Assembly (NCBI GenBank): GCA_947481985.1 | Contig: CANKIK010000001.1 | Location: 53,769-117,768 of the forward strand | DNA from: Planctomycetaceae bacterium | GTDB taxonomy: Bacteria > Planctomycetota > Planctomycetia > Pirellulales > UBA1268 | Reading direction: 5' to 3' | DNA length: 64,000 bases | In this document: positions 56,947 to 64,000 of the stretch, in pieces | Numbering within the stretch: position 1 is the first letter of the stretch | Layout of the letters: each line of letters opens with the position of its first letter | Position numbers and translations under genes: made by a program | Notes under the pieces: model-generated | The model's input: the letters and a program-made list of their open reading frames with translations, nothing else | What the model was told of the DNA's origin: nothing | Database searches by the model: none

Positions 56947-58305
56947 GTGGTCTGGCTGGTGGCTCCGGCGCTGGTGGAGCAGGTGTTGGCCCTATCGGTT
57001 GGTTTTACAGACAAGTGGCTGGCGGGAAACCTCCTCGAGGGCCCCGCCTATCTCGCGGCGGTGGGCTTGGTGGCCTATGCCCTGGGCTTCATGCCATGTC
57101 TGTTTGCCATTCCCGCTGTGGGTGCAACGGCGCTGGTGGCTCGGTGTGTGGGCGCCGGTGACATGGCAGGAGCCCGTCGGGCGGCAGGACAGACCCTGCT
57201 TGTGGGGGCCGTGCTGGCCGCCGCACTAGGAGGGGCGGCTGTGTTCTTCGGGCCTGACATCGTCCGATCGCTTGGGTTGCCGGAGGAAAGCACCGGATTG
57301 GCGCTGGAGTACCTGGCGATTGTCGTCCCTTCGCTCCCGGCGATGATGGTGATCGCGGTCGGAGTGGCGATCCTCAGGGGCGCCGGCGACATGGTGGCGG
57401 GCCTTGTGTCGATGACCGTCGTGAACCTCGTCAACGCCGCCGCGAGTTTCGCTCTGGCGGCCGGTGTCGGAGGACTGCCGAGGCTCGGCTGGAGAGGCCT
57501 AGCCTGGGGGACATTCATCGGTTACTGCCTTGGGGCGGCGTGCACGCTCATGCTTCTGGCACGGCGGGGACGTGGTCTGGCTCCCGAACTTGCCGATCTT
57601 CGCCCTGACCGGGCCTGGCTCCGCCGGATCCTCTCGGTCGGCCTGCCGGCCGGGGCGGATGCGATCGGCAACGCCATCTGCCACCTCGGGTTCCTCTCGG
57701 TCGTCAATCGATTGGGGAATGTCGATGCCGCGGCCCATGCCGTGGCAATCACGATCGAATCGCTCGCCTTCCTCCCCGGGAGTGCCTTTGGCATGGCCGC
57801 AGCGACGCTTTCGGGGCAGTTCCTCGGGGCCCGGGATGAGCGGCGGGCGCGGCGGAGCGTCTGGCTGGCGGCGGTGGGGTGCGTCGCCTTGATGTCGGCG
57901 ATGGGAGGTGTCTTCCTGGCGGCAGCGGGGCCTCTGGCAACCTGGTTTCTCGGCGGGGAAGGCAGGCAGCCCGAGGTGGCGGCGTTGACGGCAAAACTCG
58001 TCTGGATCGTCGCCTTCGCTCAGCCTCCGTTGGCGATGTTGATGGTGTTTTCAGGCGGCCTCCGCGGGGCTGGCGCCACCCGGCCGCCACTGGCGGTCAA
58101 CTTTTTTGGATTAATCCTGATCCGCCTCCCGCTGGCGGTGCTCTTGGCATGGCCGGAAGTCAAACTCCCCTGGTGTGACGTCACGCTGCCTGGGCAGGGC
58201 TTGGGGGCGGTGGGGGCCTGGTATGCCATGGCAGTCGACCTTACCGTCCGCGGTGTAGCCATGCTCTTCATCTTCTCCGGGCGGAGTTGGACGCGGGGCC
58301 GGTAG
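56947..58305 (+). CDS. MATE-family efflux transporter
   Basis: 452 aa, ~12 TM. VAPALVEQVLALSVGFTDKWLAG is the typical MATE N-terminal helix, with an internal repeat (LSVGLPAGADAIGNAICHLGF...). GTG start at 56947; the true start may lie a few codons upstream. Confidence 0.8.
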   Translation: MVWLVAPALVEQVLALSVGFTDKWLAGNLLEGPAYLAAVGLVAYALGFMPCLFAIPAVGATALVARCVGAGDMAGARRAAGQTLLVGAVLAAALGGAAVFFGPDIVRSLGLPEESTGLALEYLAIVVPSLPAMMVIAVGVAILRGAGDMVAGLVSMTVVNLVNAAASFALAAGVGGLPRLGWRGLAWGTFIGYCLGAACTLMLLARRGRGLAPELADLRPDRAWLRRILSVGLPAGADAIGNAICHLGFLSVVNRLGNVDAAAHAVAITIESLAFLPGSAFGMAAATLSGQFLGARDERRARRSVWLAAVGCVALMSAMGGVFLAAAGPLATWFLGGEGRQPEVAALTAKLVWIVAFAQPPLAMLMVFSGGLRGAGATRPPLAVNFFGLILIRLPLAVLLAWPEVKLPWCDVTLPGQGLGAVGAWYAMAVDLTVRGVAMLFIFSGRSWTRGR

Positions 58306-58457
58306 TGACCGAGTTGGCCGCGAACTGACGCTCGCCGCGGATTGGCATGGCCGCATCACGTGGCGACGATACACTCTTCCAAGTCTGGCACGATCGCGGA
58401 AATCCGCGGGAGTGATGCCGGACGCACGTTTCTCGCGCCGCCCCGGGAGTCGCGTCG

Positions 58458-60380
58458 ATGGCAGTGGATGTCGATGTCGAGCAGTGGTCCACGGCTGACG
58501 CCGCCGACCTCTACGAGGTGTCACGGTGGGGAAATGGATATTTCTCAGTGGGCCCCAATGGAAACCTCCTCGTCCATCCCGACAAGGACCCCACCAAGAG
58601 TATCGATCTGAAGTCTCTGGTGGACCGTCTTCAGGTCCGCGGCATCGATCTGCCGATCCTCCTTCGTTTTGGGGAGATTCTTCAGCACCGGCTGGGGGAG
58701 ATTCACGGCGTGTTTTCGACCGCAATGAAGGACTCCGGATACCGTGGCGACTACTGCTGCGTCTATCCGGTCAAGGTCAACCAGCAGAGGCAGGTTGTCG
58801 AGGAAGTCCTGCAATTCGGTCGTCCATACCGCTTCGGCTTGGAGGCTGGTAGCAAGCCCGAGCTGCTGGCAGTGATCGCGCTGGCCGATAATGACACGCC
58901 GATCATCTGCAACGGTTTTAAGGATGCCGAATTCATCGAGACGGCGATGCTCGCGCAGAAGATCGGCCGCAACATCATGCCCGTTGTGGAGCGGTTCTCG
59001 GAGCTCCACATGATCCTCGAATACGCCGAGAAACTCGGCGTCAGGCCACGGATCGGGATGCGCGTCAAACTCGCGGCCCGCGGCAGTGGCCGCTGGCAGG
59101 CATCGGGCGGGTTCCGCAGCAAATTCGGGCTCACCGCCAGCGAACTCCTTAAGGGCCTCGATCTCCTTGCCTCCCGCGGCATGCAGGACTGCTTTCAACT
59201 CCTCCATTTCCACCAGGGAAGCCAGATCACCAACATCCGGCACATCAAGGCGTCGCTCACCGAAGCCTCGCGGATGTACACAGAATTGGTGAAGCGGGGG
59301 GCGGGCCTGCGCTATCTCGACGTCGGCGGTGGGCTGGGGGTGGACTACGACGGTTCGCAGACCAACTTCGAATCGAGTGTCAATTACAGCCTCCAGGAAT
59401 ATGCCAACGACGTGGTCTACCACGTCCAGAATGCCTGCGATGAGGCGGGAGTCCCCCATCCCACGATCATCTCGGAGAGTGGGCGGGCGGTGGTCGCCTA
59501 CCACAGCATGCTGATCTTCGGTGTGCTCGGCATCTCCGAGCACGGTGGTCACGGCGATATCACCGAGCCGGCTGCGGACGCGGAGCAACCGCTCCACGAT
59601 CTAACGGAGACCTACCAAAACCTCAATATCCGCAACCTGTTGGAGAGTTACCACGACGCCCAGCAGTCCCTGGACACGGCAATGGGGTTGTTCGCCAGCG
59701 GCTATCTCCCGCTCGATCAGCGGTCCGCGGTGGAGAACATTTACTGGTCGATCTGCCGGCGGATCAGCAAACTTTCCCGCCAGCTCGACTTTGTTCCAGA
59801 GGAACTCGAGGGCCTCACCGCCGCCCTGTCGGACACCTACTTTTGCAATTTTTCCCTCTTTCAGTCGATTCCGGACAGCTGGGCGATCAAACAGCTCTTT
59901 CCGGTGATGCCGATCCACCGCCTCAACGAGCGGCCCACCCGCGAGGCGGTGCTGGGTGACGTGACGTGCGACTCCGATGGCAAAATCGATCAGTTCATCG
60001 ACCGCCGCGATGTGAAGCGGACGCTTCCCCTCCACGCCTGGCAAAACCAGCCCTATTACCTCGGTGCGTTCCTTATCGGTGCGTACCAGGAAATCCTCGG
60101 CGACCTTCACAACCTGTTCGGGGACACCAACGCCGTGCATGTCAGCACCGACGCCCGCGGAGAGGTGGTGCTCGACGCTGTCATCAAGGGGGACACCGTC
60201 CGCGAGGTGCTCGAATACGTTGAATTCGATCCGGAGCAACTCGTGCAGCGGTTGCGCGACGCGATCGAACAGGCGGTCCGTGAGGGACGGATCTGCGACC
60301 AGCAGGCCGGTCGGTTCCTCCGGTTCTACGAGGAAGGGCTGGGGGGCTACACCTATCTTGAGGAGCCGTCGCAGACCTGA
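58458..60380 (+). CDS. speA: Biosynthetic arginine decarboxylase
   Basis: 640 aa. YEVSRWGNGYFSVGPNGNLLVHP, DLPILLRFGEILQHRL, YPVKVNQQRQVVEEV (PLP Lys region), LEAGSKPEL, LDVGGGLGVDYDG, ISESGRAVVAYHS. Colinear with SpeA. Confidence 0.95.
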   Translation: MAVDVDVEQWSTADAADLYEVSRWGNGYFSVGPNGNLLVHPDKDPTKSIDLKSLVDRLQVRGIDLPILLRFGEILQHRLGEIHGVFSTAMKDSGYRGDYCCVYPVKVNQQRQVVEEVLQFGRPYRFGLEAGSKPELLAVIALADNDTPIICNGFKDAEFIETAMLAQKIGRNIMPVVERFSELHMILEYAEKLGVRPRIGMRVKLAARGSGRWQASGGFRSKFGLTASELLKGLDLLASRGMQDCFQLLHFHQGSQITNIRHIKASLTEASRMYTELVKRGAGLRYLDVGGGLGVDYDGSQTNFESSVNYSLQEYANDVVYHVQNACDEAGVPHPTIISESGRAVVAYHSMLIFGVLGISEHGGHGDITEPAADAEQPLHDLTETYQNLNIRNLLESYHDAQQSLDTAMGLFASGYLPLDQRSAVENIYWSICRRISKLSRQLDFVPEELEGLTAALSDTYFCNFSLFQSIPDSWAIKQLFPVMPIHRLNERPTREAVLGDVTCDSDGKIDQFIDRRDVKRTLPLHAWQNQPYYLGAFLIGAYQEILGDLHNLFGDTNAVHVSTDARGEVVLDAVIKGDTVREVLEYVEFDPEQLVQRLRDAIEQAVREGRICDQQAGRFLRFYEEGLGGYTYLEEPSQT

Positions 60381-60533
60381 CGGCCATCGGACAGATTGCT
60401 GTCCCGGGAGATTCGCCCCAACCGCATCGGTAGCCGGCTTTTGGAACGGGAATCGGCCAGCCTCCATCTGACTCCACGTCGGCGGCAGCGCGGCGGCCTG
60501 GAAACCAGCCTGAAACGACCCCGGATCTGCGGG

Positions 60534-60560
60534 AACGAAGCAGACGAAGCGGACGAATCA
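60534..60560. repeat. 9-bp direct repeat x3 (aacgaagca / gacgaagcg / gacgaatca)
   Basis: Three consecutive imperfect 9-mers at 60534..60542, 60543..60551 and 60552..60560, ~70 nt upstream of the GTG at 60631. Confidence 0.6.
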
Positions 60561-60630
60561 GGGGCAAAACGGCCTCGCCCCCAGTGGGATCCAGTGCTAG
60601 AGTCCCCGTTCAAACTTCGGAGCCACCGCA

Positions 60631-61761
60631 GTGTCACACCGCCACCGCCGCCGTTCCCCGTGGGGCACCGCACTTTTTAGCGCCCTCGTCCTGCCTGGGA
60701 TGCTGTGGACGCTCGATGTCCTCGCCCAAGCTCCCGTGGCGCGTCCCCGCCCCGGCGCACCGGCCGCACAAGCAGCGCCGCAGTCCCCAGTCCAAGCCGC
60801 ACAAAAACAGGCTCAGGCCACGCAGCAGGGTGCCGGCCAGCGTCCTCAGCAGGCGATTGCCCCCCAGCTTTCGCCCGAAGCGGCCGCGGCCCTCGAGCGC
60901 TTACTGACAGCCTGGGAGGCGCGGAACGCCTCGGTAAAGACCTGGTCGTGTGACTTCTACAAGTGGGAGTACAACGCCTTCGGGCCGGTGGGGCCCAGCG
61001 GTGATCGACTGGCGTTTGCCGAGAGTACCGGCGAGATCAAGTACGCGATGCCCGACAAGGGCCTGTTCCGCGTCAAGGAATCGAAGCAGTGGAACGGCCA
61101 GACCTCGCGGTATGAACAACGCCCAGGCGAGTCGGGCGAGCACTGGGTGTGCAACGGCGCGAGCATCTATGAGTTCCGCCACTCGGAGCGGCAGTTGCGC
61201 GAGACCAAATTGCCCCCGGAACTGCGGGGCAAGGCGATCAGTGATGGACCGTTGCCGTTCGTGTTCGGCGCCAAGGCAGACACTCTCAAGCGACGGTATG
61301 TGATGCGGATCCTGCCGATTCCTGCCGGCGTGAGCGATCAAGTCTGGCTCGAGGCGTTGCCGAGGTCGCAGGCCGACGCGGCGAGTTTCTCGAAGGTCGA
61401 ATTGATCCTCATGGCCCGCGACCTGATGCCCTTCGCCATCCGCATCTACAAACCGGGTGGCCAGGACCAGGACGTTTACCAGTTCGTCCAGAACACGAGC
61501 CTGATCGACAAGGGGCTCGACATGATCCGCGACTTCTCCAAGCCAGTGACACCGCTGGGCTACACCTTCATTCTCGAGGATGCCACGGCCGGAGCCCCAC
61601 CGGCGCCTCCCGTGGCGGCCCCGCGCCCCGGGTCAGCCCCCGCGCCTCGTCCTCAGGGGGCAGCCATTCCCCAGGGGCAGGGGAGCGCGGCGCCGCAGGC
61701 TGCCGCGGCTGTTCAGGCGGCGAGCGGTCCAGTTGGCCTCCAGCCGCCACGCAATCGCTGA
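60631..61761 (+). CDS. Secreted LolA-like protein (planctomycetal TIGR03009-type, tentative) flanked by Gln/Ala/Pro-rich regions
   Basis: GTG start, 376 aa, signal peptide (RRRSPWGTALFSALVLPGMLWTLDVLAQAP). The core (LERLLTAWEARNASVKTWSCDF...GEIKYAMPDKGLFRV...HWVCNGASIYEF...DGPLPFVFGAKADTLKRRYVMRIL...VWLEALPRSQADAASFSKVELIL) reads like a LolA/LppX-fold half-barrel. The family name is from memory and needs HMM confirmation. Confidence 0.6.
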   Translation: MSHRHRRRSPWGTALFSALVLPGMLWTLDVLAQAPVARPRPGAPAAQAAPQSPVQAAQKQAQATQQGAGQRPQQAIAPQLSPEAAAALERLLTAWEARNASVKTWSCDFYKWEYNAFGPVGPSGDRLAFAESTGEIKYAMPDKGLFRVKESKQWNGQTSRYEQRPGESGEHWVCNGASIYEFRHSERQLRETKLPPELRGKAISDGPLPFVFGAKADTLKRRYVMRILPIPAGVSDQVWLEALPRSQADAASFSKVELILMARDLMPFAIRIYKPGGQDQDVYQFVQNTSLIDKGLDMIRDFSKPVTPLGYTFILEDATAGAPPAPPVAAPRPGSAPAPRPQGAAIPQGQGSAAPQAAAAVQAASGPVGLQPPRNR

Positions 61762-61983
61762 CATCAGGCAGCAGTGCTCAAGCAGGCGTCGCTTGGGGGG
61801 GGACGATGGCCCAACTCCGCGACGTGATATCCGTGCTGGACGGCCGTTTGGTCGATTCTAAAGCGGTCAGCTGGCCGGTATACTGATGGCCCCAAGTGAT
61901 CACCCGCGGGCCCCGGCCCGGACGGCGTTTGCCGCGTCACCTCCCGGCCGCGGGGGCCGGAGGATAGCCCTGCCGAGGACCCT

Positions 61984-62463
61984 ATGCCTTTGATTGATCC
62001 CGCGCATCCACTCGGCCAGTTGCTGCAGCGGGACCGCCGCTACAAGTTGGATGCCTACCTCTTTGTGCTCGAGTCGCTGTCGTTTGCACAGGAAAGCCTG
62101 GGGCTCGGTGACGAGCCCCCCGAGGAGGACCTTGAGCCCCGTCCCCTCGAACCGGCGGTGGGACGGAAGCCCCGATCGGGCAAGCCCCGCCGCCGCCAAG
62201 CGGAACGCCACCTCACCGGGCAGCAGTTGTGCGAGGCGGCACGGCGCTACGCACTGCAGCAGTATGGATTCCTATCCCGCACTGTCCTGGCCACGTGGGG
62301 GATCCGCACCACCCGCGACATTGGCGAGATCGTTTTCAACATGATCGAGATCGGACAGATGCGAAAAACCCGCAAGGACAAGCGGGAGGACTTCCACGAT
62401 GTCTACGATTTCGATGAGGCGTTCACGCGGGATCTGTCGTTCAGCGTGCCGGAGAATCAATAG
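61984..62463 (+). CDS. Small conserved protein, Verrucomicrobia/Planctomycetes-restricted family (Minf_1886 / TIGR04138-like, tentative)
   Basis: 159 aa. LLQRDRRYKLDAYLFVLESLSFAQ...HLTGQQLCEAARRYALQQYGFLSRTVLATWGIRTTRDIGEIVFNMIEIGQMRKTRKDKREDF. The pattern matches my recollection of that uncharacterised family. It has an acidic/Pro-rich internal loop. Confidence 0.55.
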   Translation: MPLIDPAHPLGQLLQRDRRYKLDAYLFVLESLSFAQESLGLGDEPPEEDLEPRPLEPAVGRKPRSGKPRRRQAERHLTGQQLCEAARRYALQQYGFLSRTVLATWGIRTTRDIGEIVFNMIEIGQMRKTRKDKREDFHDVYDFDEAFTRDLSFSVPENQ

Positions 62464-62526
62464 TTGGACCATTCGAGTCCCCCGAGTACGACGGTGTGGC
62501 GGCCCTGGAGGGGATCGAGTCTGTTT

Positions 62527-62664
62527 ATGAGTGATTCAACGGCCCAATCGCGACGCAGGTCCCTGATCCTCCCCCGCATTCTCACCCTCATCCTTCCCCT
62601 TTTGGCAGCGGCCGAACTGGCATGGTTCGCGGGGCTTCTCTGGATGGCGGTGCGGTCTGGATGA
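62527..62664 (+). CDS. Possible small membrane protein (45 aa)
   Basis: Met22 of track ORF 62464..62664. MSDSTAQSRRRSLILPRILTLILPLLAAAELAWFAGLLWMAVRSG has a basic N-terminus and one TM helix. Hand-counted GC3 is about 69%. No RBS evident, so the call is weak. Confidence 0.3.
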   Translation: MSDSTAQSRRRSLILPRILTLILPLLAAAELAWFAGLLWMAVRSG

Positions 62665-62774
62665 CGCCGTGCGCCCAGGGATGATTCTGGTCCAAAGTCG
62701 GGCACGTGCGCCATGATAAAATTCCGGTTCACCGTGGCAGCGGTTTCACCCGGTCCGGAAATGAGGACGGAAGC

Positions 62775-63503
62775 ATGAACGCATTGCTCGACGCCCTGCC
62801 GCTGGGGGCCGCCCTCCTGCCGCTGGGCCTGTACCTGCTCGGTTTGGGGTGGATCCACCTCCGTTGTCGTCCGCTGGCGATAAATGGTGTCTGGGACGGG
62901 GTGCTGCTGGGTCTGAGCCTGATCGGCCTTGTGACGGTCGGGCCGCTGGCGCTGGTGCAACCTGCTGTGGGTGGATCCTCGTGGACATGGCCGATGCTGC
63001 TGTCGGTGTTTTGTCTCGTGGTGACGTTGTGCGTCCTCGTTTCACGGCCCCGGTTGGTGGTCTACAACATCTCCCCGGAGCAGATCCGTCCCCTGGTGGC
63101 AGAGGTTGTGGCAGCGCTCGATCCGCAGGCACGCTGGGCCGGTGAGACGGTCGCTCTGCCGACGCGTGGATTCCAGATCCACATCGACGGTGATGGCGCG
63201 CTTCGGACGGTCAGCCTCGTGGCGGTCGGCCTCCGATCGGCGCACGAGGGCTGGGGCGAGATGAGCCGCCGGATGCGAAGGGCTGTCCGTGGTCTCCGGG
63301 TGCGATCGAGCCCGTGGGGAGCGGTGTTCGCCGCGTTGGGAAGCGTGCTGATCGCTCTGTCCGCCTGGAGCATCGCCGCGAGCGTGCTTTCGCCAAAGAT
63401 CGTGTCCCCGGCACCAGCCGTCGGCCCGGAATCCCCGCCTGTCCACCCCAGCCCTCTTCCTGGAGTCTCTGATGACAGTCCCCCTCGATCTGTCGCAGCA
63501 TGA
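62775..63503 (+). CDS. Hypothetical multi-pass membrane protein (242 aa)
   Basis: ATG 62775 after gaggacgg, within track ORF 62706..63503. Three N-terminal TM helices, a ~90-aa soluble segment (VVYNISPEQIRPLVAEVVAALDPQARWAGETVALPTRGFQIHIDGDGALRTVSL), another TM, and a Pro-rich tail. No family recognised. Confidence 0.55.
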   Translation: MNALLDALPLGAALLPLGLYLLGLGWIHLRCRPLAINGVWDGVLLGLSLIGLVTVGPLALVQPAVGGSSWTWPMLLSVFCLVVTLCVLVSRPRLVVYNISPEQIRPLVAEVVAALDPQARWAGETVALPTRGFQIHIDGDGALRTVSLVAVGLRSAHEGWGEMSRRMRRAVRGLRVRSSPWGAVFAALGSVLIALSAWSIAASVLSPKIVSPAPAVGPESPPVHPSPLPGVSDDSPPRSVAA

Positions 63504-64000
63504 GATCACCGTTCCTGTCGTGATTCGGAACGCTCCTCCGGCGCGGCTCTACGAGGAGGCGGTGACTAGAGAGGGAGCGGGAATCGTTGCCAGCGGCGCA
63601 ATCGCCATCCGCTCGGGCGACAAGACCGGTCGCAGCCCCAAGGACAAGCACGTCGTTCGTACGCCGGAGTCGGAGGCCGACGTCTGGTGGGGGACAGTCA
63701 ATCATGCCATCGACGACCACACCTTTCTGCTCAACCGCCAGCGGGCCATCGACTACCTCAACACCCGCGATCGGATCTACGTCTGCGACGGGTATGCGGG
63801 GTGGGACCCAGCCAGCCGGCTGAAGGTTAGGGTTCTCTGCGCCCGCGCCTACCATGCGCTCTACATGCGGAACATGCTCATCCGCCCCACCGCCGGAGAG
63901 TTGGAGCAATTCGGCGATCCGGAGTATGTGATCTACAACGCCGGCCAGTTTCCCGCCAACAGACTGACCTCCCAGATCGCCAGTCGGACGAGCATTGACT
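63472..64000 (+). CDS. pckA: Phosphoenolpyruvate carboxykinase (ATP), N-terminal 176 codons; continues past the right edge
   Basis: Not in the track because it is open to the window end. My translation from ATG 63472: MTVPLDLSQHEITVPVVIRNAPPARLYEEAVTREGAGIVASGAIAIRSGDKTGRSPKDKHVVRTPESEADVWWG...IYVCDGYAGWDP...VRVLCARAYHALYMRNMLIRP. TGRSPKDK is the PckA hallmark. Confidence 0.9.
   Translation, partial: MTVPLDLSQHEITVPVVIRNAPPARLYEEAVTREGAGIVASGAIAIRSGDKTGRSPKDKHVVRTPESEADVWWGTVNHAIDDHTFLLNRQRAIDYLNTRDRIYVCDGYAGWDPASRLKVRVLCARAYHALYMRNMLIRPTAGELEQFGDPEYVIYNAGQFPANRLTSQIASRTSID

Noticed and set aside
55919-60467. Minus-strand ORFs 55919..56902 (327 aa), 58545..59597 (350 aa) and 59601..60467 (288 aa).
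   Set aside because: They are antisense to the DUF1501 gene and speA, whose plus-strand products carry clear family motifs.

Overview
High-GC bacterial chromosomal segment, probably from a Planctomycetota genome. The taxon is inferred from a DUF1549/DUF1553 + DUF1501 gene pair, a DUF1080 domain, a secreted LamG/beta-propeller protein, PVC-restricted small proteins, and ribosomal-protein genes separated by long spacers. The content is mostly housekeeping. In order: a partial secreted LamG/propeller protein, a PfkB-family kinase, an SGNH-DUF1080 hydrolase and rlmKL. Then a five-gene Liv-type amino-acid ABC importer, an FkbM-like protein, recQ, and a DevCAB/MacAB-like tripartite ABC exporter with a PAP2-like lipoprotein. 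Then aroB, an orphan parA flanked by unknown proteins, and rpmA-obg-coaX-rsfS-argS-EF-G. Two dehydrogenases lie on the opposite strand. An uninterrupted ~18.3 kb S10-spc-alpha ribosomal supercluster follows (rpsJ to rplQ, including secY, adk, map, rpmJ and rpoA). The window ends with DUF1549/1553 + DUF1501, a MATE exporter, speA, a LolA-like protein, PVC-type small proteins and the 5' part of pckA. I found no rRNA, tRNA, CRISPR array, transposase, integrase or phage genes. Many track ORFs are antisense or 5'-extended artefacts of high GC, so I re-set starts against conserved N-termini. Three real genes are absent from the track: two edge-truncated genes (1..1749 minus, 63472..64000 plus) and the 37-aa rpmJ (49721..49834). 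Nothing here looks like a classic defence or accessory island. The best novelty candidates are: (1) the orphan ParA with unrecognisable membrane/secreted neighbours, (2) a LivG ATPase with a ~180-aa insertion bearing two hydrophobic helices, (3) the exporter + PAP2-like lipoprotein, (4) the DUF1549/1553 + DUF1501 pair, (5) the unusual layout of the ribosomal cluster (long spacers, 62-nt S3/L16 overlap, no rpmD or infA, extended proteins), and (6) a run of PVC-restricted unknowns near the 3' end. All family assignments come from reading motifs by eye; no database search was run.
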